Shown here one piece after another: positions 36,208-45,018 of a DNA stretch of 64,000 bases (position 1 is the stretch's first letter; each line of letters begins with the position of its first letter). The DNA is from an uncultured Oligoflexales bacterium (lineage in GTDB: Bacteria > Bdellovibrionota_B > Oligoflexia > Oligoflexales > CAZLMG01), in the NCBI GenBank assembly GCA_964560765.1, contig CAZLMG010000001.1:202903-266902 (forward strand), read 5' to 3'. The position numbers and the translations under genes are program-made. The notes below the pieces were generated by a model. That model saw only the letters and a program-made list of their open reading frames with translations, was not told where the DNA came from and made no database searches.

Positions 36208-36726
36208 ATGGGTATTTTTCCTGAACATTGTTCGCCTTGTCGGCCGCCGCGACTGCTGCCTGCCCGTCTATCGCTTCTGACGATCTCTGGCATGGTGGCC
36301 GTATCGGCTATCGGAGGCTGCCGCGAGGTGACACCGCATCCGCATCCGCCCATCGTCACGCTGGAAAACATGCGGATTTCCGATGAGCCTTTTCAGGGAA
36401 TGGTCTCCCTGGGTCTGTTTCAAGAACGTCAGGCCGTGATCACCGACGAGCAGGCTGAAGGTGAGACAACGCTAGCAAAACTGCGCATCATCAATAACGA
36501 GGAAGCCGGCGCTAATCTTTGCGATGGGCAAAACTATGCACTCCGCCTTGCCGAGCTGCCGGCCGTGGCTTTGGAGTCCGATCTAAAGTTGGTGCTAGGA
36601 CGCCAGTTTTACCGGTCAAGGCTGTCAAGCACCCCACCCGATCGCAACATCGAACGCATGGAACTCGCCACTATTCCGGCCTCCAGAAACTTGCAGGGTA
36701 CATTCCCATCCGCTCCAGCATCCTAG
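36208..36726 (+). CDS. hypothetical lipoprotein; possible frameshifted 3' end continuing to 36866
   Basis: LLTISGMVAVSAIGGC gives lipobox IGGC. The protein-like sequence appears to continue in another frame after about 36690 (see findings). Confidence 0.45.
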   Translation: MGIFPEHCSPCRPPRLLPARLSLLTISGMVAVSAIGGCREVTPHPHPPIVTLENMRISDEPFQGMVSLGLFQERQAVITDEQAEGETTLAKLRIINNEEAGANLCDGQNYALRLAELPAVALESDLKLVLGRQFYRSRLSSTPPDRNIERMELATIPASRNLQGTFPSAPAS

Positions 36727-36863
36727 AAGTGCTGGACATTAGCGAGGAAGAGGTCGTCCTCAAGCTCATCACCGAGGACGATGTTGGCGCCATCGCAGCG
36801 GGAAAGGTCATCGCCAAACGCTGTCCGATTGCAAATGCAAATCCAGCGGACGACCAAGTGGAA

Positions 36864-36896
36864 TAAAAAAGCCGGAACCCAAAACTGGCTCCGGCT
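36864..36896 (-). terminator. rho-independent terminator of the act operon
   Basis: On the minus strand, gccggagcc-agttttg-ggttccggc is a 9-bp stem with one mismatch, followed by TTTTTT. It lies 26 nt after the actF stop. Confidence 0.6.
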
Positions 36897-36921
36897 CGAC
36901 GAACTGCGAACATGGGAAATA

Positions 36922-38169
36922 TCAGTGATGCGCCGCCAGCGATTCTGCCAGCAACGGATCGGCGACAGCCAATACCGGATTGGTCTTGGTGACGCGGAAG
37001 AAGCTCGCTAAAAACAATCCGAGCATTCCGAGACAAAGCCCCAGCTCAACCCAAGGCCCACCGACCAAATCGTTCTTCACCACTTCCGGCTGCACCACCA
37101 GCATATACGTCATCCACTGAGCGACCAGAATCATGACGGCAAGAGCGATCGTCACCGGTGCCGTCCACTTTGCCGCTTTGAAGATCAAGGCGAACAATGG
37201 CAGGACGAAGTTGAAAATGGGGGCGACGAGTACGATGGTCAACCAGGGCTGATGCAGACGATGAATGAAGTACTCGGTCTCTTCCGGAACGTTGCCATAC
37301 CAGTAGGTCAAGACGTGTGCGTAGGTTAGGTAGGCGAAGAACACCGTGAACCCGTGCATCAACTTACCAACATCGTGAAATTGCTGGCGACCATAGATGC
37401 GTCCGACAGGCGTGTGACGCAACGCAAATAAGAAGATGAGCGTCGTCGCCATCAGCGTCTGCATCATGATCGCGAACAACCAGCCACCCCACAGCGTCGA
37501 GAACCACAGAGGATTCAAAGACATCAGCAAATCAAAGCACAGCAAAGTGAACAACAAGGAATAGATGACCAGCACCGGCGCCGACCAGTGGCGCAAGCGG
37601 TCGCGAGCCGCGATGCCAAGGCGAATGGCTTCATCTCGATTGCCCGCCATGAACGCCTTATCGCGCGCCAGTCCCATGCCAAACTGCCAGCGCCACAGAG
37701 CGACGATGATGCCCAGAGCCGCCAAGTTGCGAATGATCATGAAGTTCTTTTGCAGCCAGAAGCTTTTACCAAAGAATGGGGCGACGATACTTGGCTCGGC
37801 GATCCACTTATATACCGAGCCAGCACCGGCGATGTCAAACGCCACGCAACCCAAAAACAAGGCCATCAAACCAGCAGCGACGGGAATGAATGCCGAGAAC
37901 GACTCGTGAATGCGCTTGATGGGACGTCCCCAAACGGCACCGATCAAATCTTGCATGGCGCCAAAGGCGATACCACCCAAGCCTAGAGCGAAGAAGAAGA
38001 AGGTGTTGAACAGGAAAGCTCCCCAAACGCGCGTTGGCTCGGCAAACGCCAAGCCGGCGCCCAAGGTCAACACACCGATGACAAAGCACAGAGTGATGCC
38101 GCCACGTACGGTCGGTGAGGGCTCAAGTAGAAATTGGTTTCGTTGCTCGTAGATGTCGTGCATTCCCAT
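36922..38169 (-). CDS. actF: alternative complex III subunit ActF (NrfD-like membrane subunit)
   Basis: 415-aa polytopic membrane protein and the last gene of the actABCDEF arrangement. Confidence 0.75.
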   Translation of the reverse strand: MGMHDIYEQRNQFLLEPSPTVRGGITLCFVIGVLTLGAGLAFAEPTRVWGAFLFNTFFFFALGLGGIAFGAMQDLIGAVWGRPIKRIHESFSAFIPVAAGLMALFLGCVAFDIAGAGSVYKWIAEPSIVAPFFGKSFWLQKNFMIIRNLAALGIIVALWRWQFGMGLARDKAFMAGNRDEAIRLGIAARDRLRHWSAPVLVIYSLLFTLLCFDLLMSLNPLWFSTLWGGWLFAIMMQTLMATTLIFLFALRHTPVGRIYGRQQFHDVGKLMHGFTVFFAYLTYAHVLTYWYGNVPEETEYFIHRLHQPWLTIVLVAPIFNFVLPLFALIFKAAKWTAPVTIALAVMILVAQWMTYMLVVQPEVVKNDLVGGPWVELGLCLGMLGLFLASFFRVTKTNPVLAVADPLLAESLAAHH

Positions 38170-38172
38170 GAC

Positions 38173-38706
38173 TTACTCGCCTTTCTGCAGCGTCCGGAGG
38201 TAGTGAACAATTTGCCAGCGCTCGCCCGGAGAAATCGCGTGCCCGTAACCTGGCATCATGCCCTTGCCAAAGGTGATGCGATAAAAGAAAAACCCGTCCG
38301 TATTCGCCTGGTAATTGGCGTGGGTAATATCAGGCGGAATCGGCGCCAATGGTCCCAGCGATCCACCACCCCGGCCATCGGCTCCATGACACGGGATGCA
38401 GAATGTGTTGTACAACTCTTTCCCCTTCGCCAAATTCTCATCGGACGGCGGGAAAGGGTTCTTGAAGACTTCCTGAGCCTCTTCAATGGTCTCGGGATAA
38501 AGAATCCCGGTCACCGGCACCGAATGCTCGGGTGGATCTAAATAGTTTTCCTGTGCTTTCACCGTCGGCCCATCAGCCATGTCCGGCATGTACTGCACCT
38601 TAGTCGCCGTCTCGTCGTGATCACCGGCGATATTACACCCGCCCAGCGCCAGAGCTCCCGCCGCGACCGCTACCATCCATTGCCATTGCACGCGATGTTC
38701 GCTCAT
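38173..38706 (-). CDS. actE: alternative complex III subunit ActE (monohaem cytochrome c lipoprotein)
   Basis: Single CIPCH haem motif. The start at ATG 38706 forms ATGA with the actD stop and gives WMVAVAAGALALGGC (lipobox). Confidence 0.8.
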   Translation of the reverse strand: MSEHRVQWQWMVAVAAGALALGGCNIAGDHDETATKVQYMPDMADGPTVKAQENYLDPPEHSVPVTGILYPETIEEAQEVFKNPFPPSDENLAKGKELYNTFCIPCHGADGRGGGSLGPLAPIPPDITHANYQANTDGFFFYRITFGKGMMPGYGHAISPGERWQIVHYLRTLQKGE

Positions 38707-39209
38707 ATCTTGCGAATCTCCTCGGCCCCACACGCCTTCAAAAACTTAGCTTGCTCGCCTTCGGCCATAGCGCCGGGGACGAAAATACCAAAACGGTCAT
38801 CCGTAAAACGCACATCCAAAACTCGGTCCTTGGGGTTCGGAATGCGACAGTGCACCAGCATGCCCAAGATCGTGCAGATGGCGCCCAACAGAATCGTACA
38901 TTCAAAACCGATGACCACGTACGCCGGCAACGAATAGATGCCAGCCGTTTTGCCGCCGACGACCAACGGCCAGTCCCAGTCAGTGGCCAAACACAAGGCG
39001 AAACCGCCGACCATTCCTGTTAACGCGCCCGTCAACGTGTACCACTTCACCGGCGAATCGGTGAAGCCGCTGGCGTGTTCGATCTCGTGATAAGACGTCG
39101 GCGAGTACGCTTCATAGCCGTGGCAATCCGGGCGCACACGCACCCGGGTAATCGCCGAGGTGAACTCGTCTAAATGCCGAAAAATGGCCAAAATTCCCGC
39201 TTGCGACAT
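38703..39209 (-). CDS. actD: alternative complex III subunit ActD
   Basis: 168 aa. It has a soluble N-terminal part and two TM helices (WYTLTGALTGMVGGFALCLA, YVVIGFECTILLGAICTILG), and its position between actC and actE fits. Confidence 0.75.
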   Translation of the reverse strand: MSQAGILAIFRHLDEFTSAITRVRVRPDCHGYEAYSPTSYHEIEHASGFTDSPVKWYTLTGALTGMVGGFALCLATDWDWPLVVGGKTAGIYSLPAYVVIGFECTILLGAICTILGMLVHCRIPNPKDRVLDVRFTDDRFGIFVPGAMAEGEQAKFLKACGAEEIRKI

Positions 39210-39213
39210 GGAA

Positions 39214-40575
39214 CTACCCCTTCACTTCCGCATGCTTGCCAGACTTGGGCTTGGGCATGATCAACTTCAATTCAGACATGGAGATAATCGGAAAGTATTT
39301 GCAGAAAATCAGAAACCAGAAAAAGAACCAGCCGAAACTTCCGACGGTGATCCCCATCTCAACCCATGAGGGCTCGTAGTGGCCCCACGAGCCTGGCAAG
39401 AAATCTTCGGCCAGAGATGAGATGATGATGTTGTAGCGCTCGAACCACATGCCGACGTTGATCAGCACACAGATCACCATACAGACGGGGATGCTGTTGC
39501 GAATTCTCTTGCTCCAGAAGGCCAGTGGGAAAATGCAGTTACAGAACACCATCGTCCAGAAATAGAAGGCGTAGGGGCCCGTGGCGCGCCGCTCAAAAAC
39601 GGCCCATTCATAGGGGTTTCCACTATACCATGCCACGAAAAACTCGATAGCGTAGGCGTAGAAAACGATGGTTGAGGTCAAAAGCGTCAATTTGATACAT
39701 GCCTCGAGGTGCTCGGGCTTGATGAATTCTTCAAGCTTGAACATCCAGCGGATAGGAACCAATAAGGTGTATACCATGGCGCAACCCGACAAAATCGCAC
39801 CGGCAACGAAGTACGGTGGGAAGATCGTCGTATGCCAACCCGGCTGGATAGACATGGCGAAGTCCCAAGAAACCACCGAGTGGACGGACAATACCAGCGG
39901 GGTCGCCAGTGCTGCTAGAAATCCATAGCCCGCTTCATAGTGCAGCCACTGCTTCGCGGTGCCGGTCCAACCAAATGACAAGAAACCGTAGATCAGTCGC
40001 TTAAAACCTTTGGAGCGGTCGCGGATAGTCGCCAAGTCGGGAACAAGGCCCATATACCAGAACAGAGTCGAAACTGTCAGGTAAGTCGAAATCGCGAAGA
40101 TGTCCCAGATCAATGGGGATCGAAAGTTCACCCACAAGTTGTTGGTGTTCGGCAGCGGTGCCATCCAGTAGGGAGCAAACCAGATGCGGCCGACGTGAAT
40201 CAAGGGGAATAAACCGGCCGTGATCACGGCGAAGATCGTCATCGCCTCGGCGCTGCGGTTAACCGTATTCCGCCACTTGGCGCGGAAGAGGAACAAAATG
40301 GCCGAAATCAAGGTGCCGGCGTGACCGATACCAACCCAAAAAACGAAGTTGGTGATAAACACACCCCAATACACCGGACTCCCAAGACCCGAAACGCCCA
40401 TCCCTTCCGAAATGAGGTAAGCCCAGCAGCCGATACCATAAAGCAGGCAGACGATCGACACACCCCAAGCCACATAGAAGGCTGGATGTGGCTTCTCGAT
40501 CCCGACGAGCACGGCATCGTTCACATCAGAGATATTTCGGTTCCAAACAACTGAATCAGCCATTACCCGCTCCAC
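39214..40575 (-). CDS. actC: alternative complex III subunit ActC (NrfD/PsrC-like quinol-interacting membrane subunit)
   Basis: 453-aa polytopic membrane protein directly downstream of actB. Confidence 0.8.
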   Translation of the reverse strand: MERVMADSVVWNRNISDVNDAVLVGIEKPHPAFYVAWGVSIVCLLYGIGCWAYLISEGMGVSGLGSPVYWGVFITNFVFWVGIGHAGTLISAILFLFRAKWRNTVNRSAEAMTIFAVITAGLFPLIHVGRIWFAPYWMAPLPNTNNLWVNFRSPLIWDIFAISTYLTVSTLFWYMGLVPDLATIRDRSKGFKRLIYGFLSFGWTGTAKQWLHYEAGYGFLAALATPLVLSVHSVVSWDFAMSIQPGWHTTIFPPYFVAGAILSGCAMVYTLLVPIRWMFKLEEFIKPEHLEACIKLTLLTSTIVFYAYAIEFFVAWYSGNPYEWAVFERRATGPYAFYFWTMVFCNCIFPLAFWSKRIRNSIPVCMVICVLINVGMWFERYNIIISSLAEDFLPGSWGHYEPSWVEMGITVGSFGWFFFWFLIFCKYFPIISMSELKLIMPKPKSGKHAEVKG

Positions 40576-40582
40576 CTATTCG

Positions 40583-43500
40583 TTATCCGTGATGTCCACC
40601 GTGGTCGGTCGTGTCCTCGTGGACAGTGACCTTGGCCAGGTAACTCACGTTTGGCAATGTTTTGATACCGAAATGACCGTGCGCCGGATCGCCGCCGAGT
40701 GCCAAGTAGGCGCGCGCGTCTTGCCGCATACGACTGACTAAGCTGCGGTTGTCCTTCAAGTCCCCAAAGACGATCGCGTCCGATGGACAAGCTTGCTGAC
40801 AAGCCGTCTGCAAAGCTCCGTCTGGAACGCGTTGACTGCGCTCCTTTGCGATATGCTTGGCTTCGCGAATCCGCTGATAGCAGAACGTGCACTTTTCCAT
40901 GATGCCGCGCGTCCGCACGGTCACATCTGGGTTCAGAGCACGCGGATTACGATGAATCGGCTTATCGCCAATGACGTTCCACTGATGCGTGAACCAATTA
41001 AACCGACGCACCTTGTAAGGGCAGGCGTTGGCGCAATAACGAGTACCAACGCAGCGGTTGTACGTTTGCGAGTTCAGACCTTCCGCGTCATGCGTGGTGG
41101 CGAAAACAGGACAAACAGCCTCACAAGGCGCGTGGTTACAATGCTGACAGAGCATGGGCTGATAAGTAACTTCGGGATTGTCGAGGTCGCCCTTGAAGTA
41201 GCGGTCCAGGCGAATCCAGTGCATCTCACGGCCCATGTGAATCTGCTCACGTCCAACCTGCGGCACGTTATTTTCAGTGGCGCAGGCCACCATACAGGCT
41301 GAGCAGCCCGAGCAGGCGGTTAGATCGATGGCCATACCCCAGCGGTACTCGCCCTCTTCCAGCTTTGGATACAAATCTGGGACCGTATCGAGATCGACTG
41401 TCTTTTCAGCGCTGGCGGTTGCCTTTGCCAGCGACATGGTCTTCACGATGTCATAGCGGTTGCCAATATCCGAGCTGTTGCTCTTCTGCATAGCCGCCAA
41501 CTGATAGTATTTACCCGTGCTCGAAAGCTTGACGGACTGGGCTGCCGTCACTGGCTCGCCGCTGAGAGCATCGACGGCCTTGCTGAAGGCCACGAGTGGG
41601 TTTGCCCCCAAGCCATCGGTCACTTTCGAAACACCGGTTGCGTGACCGTTGCCGCGGTGCGTCACCACAGCATCCCGGTGCAAGCCGGGTACGGGATACA
41701 AGGCGGCCTCATAGCTGCCACCGGGTCCTTCAATCTTCAAGACATCCCCACGCTTGAATCCGAGCTCTTTAGCCTTGTTTGGATTCAACGCCACCCAGGT
41801 ATCCCAGGCGATGGACGTCATGCTGTCGCCAACTTCTTGCAACACAGGGCGAGAAGCGCCGCGACCATCGCGTAGGCGCGGGTCGAGGGGAGCGACCAGG
41901 GTTAAACCGGTCGCCACGCCGCCGCTCAGCTTCACATTCGCCACCAAGTCGCGCAGGCCGCCGACGGTCTGTCGGCTCTCCGCACCGATGAAACCGCGAC
42001 GCTGCACATAGCGGAAAAATGCGTCGAAACCGATCTTGGCGCCGACCAAGCTCAGCACCTTCTGCCAGCGTAAGCGCAGATAAGAGCGATAGTCTTCGTG
42101 CCCCATGGGCTTCTCAGCAGCGGCCGCGATCCACATCAGCACTTCTTCCGCCTGTCGGCTGTTGAAGGCTGGCCGGGTCACCGGCTGACGCATGGAATAG
42201 AGGCCCGCGATTGGCTGCTCATCACCCCAAGACTCGAGATAGTGGTGGGTGTTGACCAAGTGCGATGCGAACTCGTCCGTTTCGTTCGACAAGCTCTGCA
42301 TGGAAATGACGGTTGGAATCTTCTTCAGCAGCTCGCCAACACCGGCCGAAGTCGGCATGGTGAAAACGGGGTTCGAGTCGATGACAAAAAGAATATCCAG
42401 GTCGGTCGCCTGCGCCAAAAATCGCTGGGTGTCGCCCGGAACCACGGGAGCCACGAGCCAGTTACGCTCTAGCTCTAGCGTTTGGCCATAGGCACCGATC
42501 AGAGTGTTGGCCATGATCGCTGCCAATTGCAGCGCAGTCGCATGTTCGTTAAAGCTAGTGCTGCCACCGGCCATGATGACCGATTTCCGCGCCAATAATC
42601 GCTCGGCCAACGCGGCGAATCCTGCTTCATCCATGCCAACGGCACGGTATTGATCGGGGCCCAAGAGTCCTTGATTCGCTTCGATGACTTTGCGAATTTC
42701 GGCACGATCACCGGCACTACCGCGGGCATTGGTATTGGCATCTAGAGCTTTGATCAACATCAAGGCGACAAGCATTTCGCTGCCGACAGGAACTACATGT
42801 CGTTCGGAGGCGCGGGTGCCCGTCTGCGACATAGTCGATTCGAATTGCACGAACTCGCCCATGCGGCCAAAGCGGAAGGTGTGCGACTGGGCGAAGCCCT
42901 TCGCCGTGTATACTGGCGAAATACCTACATCCAAGAAATCCGAACCGATGCCGAGAATCATTTCGGCCGCGCGAAGTTGCGGGTTTGGCATCGCTTCGAC
43001 GCCAAAGGCGATCTTATGGGCCTGGGTTATGGCGGCCAGCAACGAGTTTGACTCATAGGTATAGAGGTTGGACTCGGGCGCGCCCATTTTCTTCAGGAAT
43101 TCACGGAAAAACTCGTGGCGATGGCCGGTCGAGCCGCCGGTCAGAATGCCGATTTTGTTGGTCTGCTTGAGGCGATTGCCAAGCACCAAGAAAAGCTCGT
43201 CCCAGGTGGTTTCGTCCATCACGCCACCGCGGCGAATGAATGGGGTCTTGCGCCGTTCGGGATGATAGAGAGCTTGCAGCGTTGATTGACCCAGCGCGCA
43301 GCTCGCGCCTTGGGCGATCGGATGATCTTGGCTGCCTTCGACTTTTACCGCCCGTCCTTCACGGGTGCGAACGACTACACCGCAGCCGGCAGAGCACTCG
43401 TTGCAAGTCGAGGCAAAATAAGTAGCCTCGCCAGGAATCTGGTCGACAGGCTGGTTGACGTAAGGAATGGCCTTCTCAACAGGTCGGCGGACGCAGGCGG

Positions 43501-43774
43501 TTGACGCCATAACCGCACCGGCTCCAAACAGACGCATAAAATCGCGGCGATCAACGGCCAGCGCTGGTGTCTCAGCCTTCTGGGCGCTGGCATCTCGCCC
43601 ATCGATGTCTGGGATGACTTCGCCGAGATCGCGATAATACGGACCGGCGACAACCGTCTCCGGAGGCCCTTCCAAAGGTCCGTTCGCGGGACCCATGATT
43701 TCTCGTCCCAAATGCGCCGGCTCGCCACCGCTCGCTACCACTTCTGCTGCATCGTTGCGATCTTCGAAGGTCAT
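40583..43774 (-). CDS. actB: alternative complex III subunit ActB (fused molybdopterin-oxidoreductase-like and 4Fe-4S ferredoxin-like domains)
   Basis: 1063 aa with the Tat-like RRDFMRLFGAGAVMAS motif, a complex-iron-sulfur-molybdoenzyme-like body, and C-terminal Cys clusters (CSGCSACMVAC, CQHCNHAPCEAVCP, CVGTRYCANACP). Confidence 0.85.
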   Translation of the reverse strand: MTFEDRNDAAEVVASGGEPAHLGREIMGPANGPLEGPPETVVAGPYYRDLGEVIPDIDGRDASAQKAETPALAVDRRDFMRLFGAGAVMASTACVRRPVEKAIPYVNQPVDQIPGEATYFASTCNECSAGCGVVVRTREGRAVKVEGSQDHPIAQGASCALGQSTLQALYHPERRKTPFIRRGGVMDETTWDELFLVLGNRLKQTNKIGILTGGSTGHRHEFFREFLKKMGAPESNLYTYESNSLLAAITQAHKIAFGVEAMPNPQLRAAEMILGIGSDFLDVGISPVYTAKGFAQSHTFRFGRMGEFVQFESTMSQTGTRASERHVVPVGSEMLVALMLIKALDANTNARGSAGDRAEIRKVIEANQGLLGPDQYRAVGMDEAGFAALAERLLARKSVIMAGGSTSFNEHATALQLAAIMANTLIGAYGQTLELERNWLVAPVVPGDTQRFLAQATDLDILFVIDSNPVFTMPTSAGVGELLKKIPTVISMQSLSNETDEFASHLVNTHHYLESWGDEQPIAGLYSMRQPVTRPAFNSRQAEEVLMWIAAAAEKPMGHEDYRSYLRLRWQKVLSLVGAKIGFDAFFRYVQRRGFIGAESRQTVGGLRDLVANVKLSGGVATGLTLVAPLDPRLRDGRGASRPVLQEVGDSMTSIAWDTWVALNPNKAKELGFKRGDVLKIEGPGGSYEAALYPVPGLHRDAVVTHRGNGHATGVSKVTDGLGANPLVAFSKAVDALSGEPVTAAQSVKLSSTGKYYQLAAMQKSNSSDIGNRYDIVKTMSLAKATASAEKTVDLDTVPDLYPKLEEGEYRWGMAIDLTACSGCSACMVACATENNVPQVGREQIHMGREMHWIRLDRYFKGDLDNPEVTYQPMLCQHCNHAPCEAVCPVFATTHDAEGLNSQTYNRCVGTRYCANACPYKVRRFNWFTHQWNVIGDKPIHRNPRALNPDVTVRTRGIMEKCTFCYQRIREAKHIAKERSQRVPDGALQTACQQACPSDAIVFGDLKDNRSLVSRMRQDARAYLALGGDPAHGHFGIKTLPNVSYLAKVTVHEDTTDHGGHHG

Positions 43775-43848
43775 ATCCGATCCGATCTCCCGTAAGCATT
43801 CAACTCAAGATAACTGCTAGGACGTGCTGCTGTTGCCGAATCTTCTTC

Positions 43849-44487
43849 TTAGTAGTGACAGGCAAAGCAGTTGGTTGGCGCACCCTTTTTGGTGTGACAG
43901 TCAACGCACCAGCCCATTTGCAAAGGGGCATGCTGATAGACTTCTTCCATCTCCTGCACCTTGCCGTGACACTCGGCACAGTCTAATCCGGCTGCGACGT
44001 GACGCTTGTGGGTGAAGCGGACAAAGTCAGGCAGGTCGTGAACCTTGACCCACTTGATGGGCTCGTTGTTCTTGTATTTTTCAGTCAGCCACTTGATGGG
44101 GTCTCGATCAATGGCGATGGCATTGTGGCAGCCCATGCAGGTGTTAGATGACGGGATGCCAGCGATGGGAGAGCGTCGAGCACTGGAATGGCAATACTGA
44201 CACGGAATCTGCCGATCACCAGCGTGAAGTTTGTGGCTGAAGGGAATCGGCTGTTTGGGCTGATAACCCTGGTTATCGACCGTGTCACCTGGCGTCCAGA
44301 CGTTTAATGCCCAGCCGAAAGCCTCGCTGGATGATCCGGCCCCAGTAACGAGGGCAATGGCGCAGAGATAGAGTCGCAGGAAAGCGCTTGTGCGGGTCAA
44401 CAACGACAACCTCCTAAAGAACGGGCAGCACTTGAACTCAGCAAATAGGACCGCGGTAAAATTTTTTCCGTATGATTTGGATAGCAC
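43849..44487 (-). CDS. actA: alternative complex III subunit ActA (pentahaem cytochrome c)
   Basis: Five CxxCH motifs: CQYCH, CMGCH, CAECH, CVDCH, CFACH. The exact start is uncertain. Confidence 0.8.
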   Translation of the reverse strand: MLSKSYGKNFTAVLFAEFKCCPFFRRLSLLTRTSAFLRLYLCAIALVTGAGSSSEAFGWALNVWTPGDTVDNQGYQPKQPIPFSHKLHAGDRQIPCQYCHSSARRSPIAGIPSSNTCMGCHNAIAIDRDPIKWLTEKYKNNEPIKWVKVHDLPDFVRFTHKRHVAAGLDCAECHGKVQEMEEVYQHAPLQMGWCVDCHTKKGAPTNCFACHY

Positions 44488-44596
44488 AGAATTCCATGAC
44501 CGCCAATTCTTTTATGGCCAATAAACGTTGTGGATATCCTCGCTTACCGCTAGATTAGTTTAGTCAACATTCCGGCTATTTTTTGAGCAGAGGACC

Positions 44597-44944
44597 TTGA
44601 TGCAAGAGTTTATCCACGGACTATTCGATTTCTCGTTCAAGAAATTCATCACCCCAAAAGTCGCCAAAGTCGTGTATGCGTTGGCCATAGCCGGCGCTGC
44701 GGTTCAAGCTCTCATGCTCCTCCGTTTTGGACCGTTTGGCATTATCGCTGCTCCCGTTTTCTTTTTCGTGACCGTTGTTGCGGCCCGCGTGTTCCTGGAA
44801 GTCTCCCTGGCTGTTTTTCAGATCGCCCGCTACACTGCCGAGATCGCGCGGCGCGGTCGCGGTGACCGCGAGGTCGAAGAAGAATCTTCTGCCCCCGTTC
44901 CGCCGCCGCCCCCTGGTCGTGGCCGAAACAACGATCCGTTCTAA
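44597..44944 (+). CDS. DUF4282-like small membrane protein
   Basis: N-terminal GLFDFSFKKFITPKVAKVVY, followed by two TM helices and a Pro/Arg-rich tail. Confidence 0.65.
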   Translation: MMQEFIHGLFDFSFKKFITPKVAKVVYALAIAGAAVQALMLLRFGPFGIIAAPVFFFVTVVAARVFLEVSLAVFQIARYTAEIARRGRGDREVEEESSAPVPPPPPGRGRNNDPF

Positions 44945-45018
44945 TGCCTCGACAACCGTAGCCTGTCGGGTCCGATCGGAGCGGCTGTCATTCGAGCCAC
45001 CGCCGTTACGAGAGCGCT

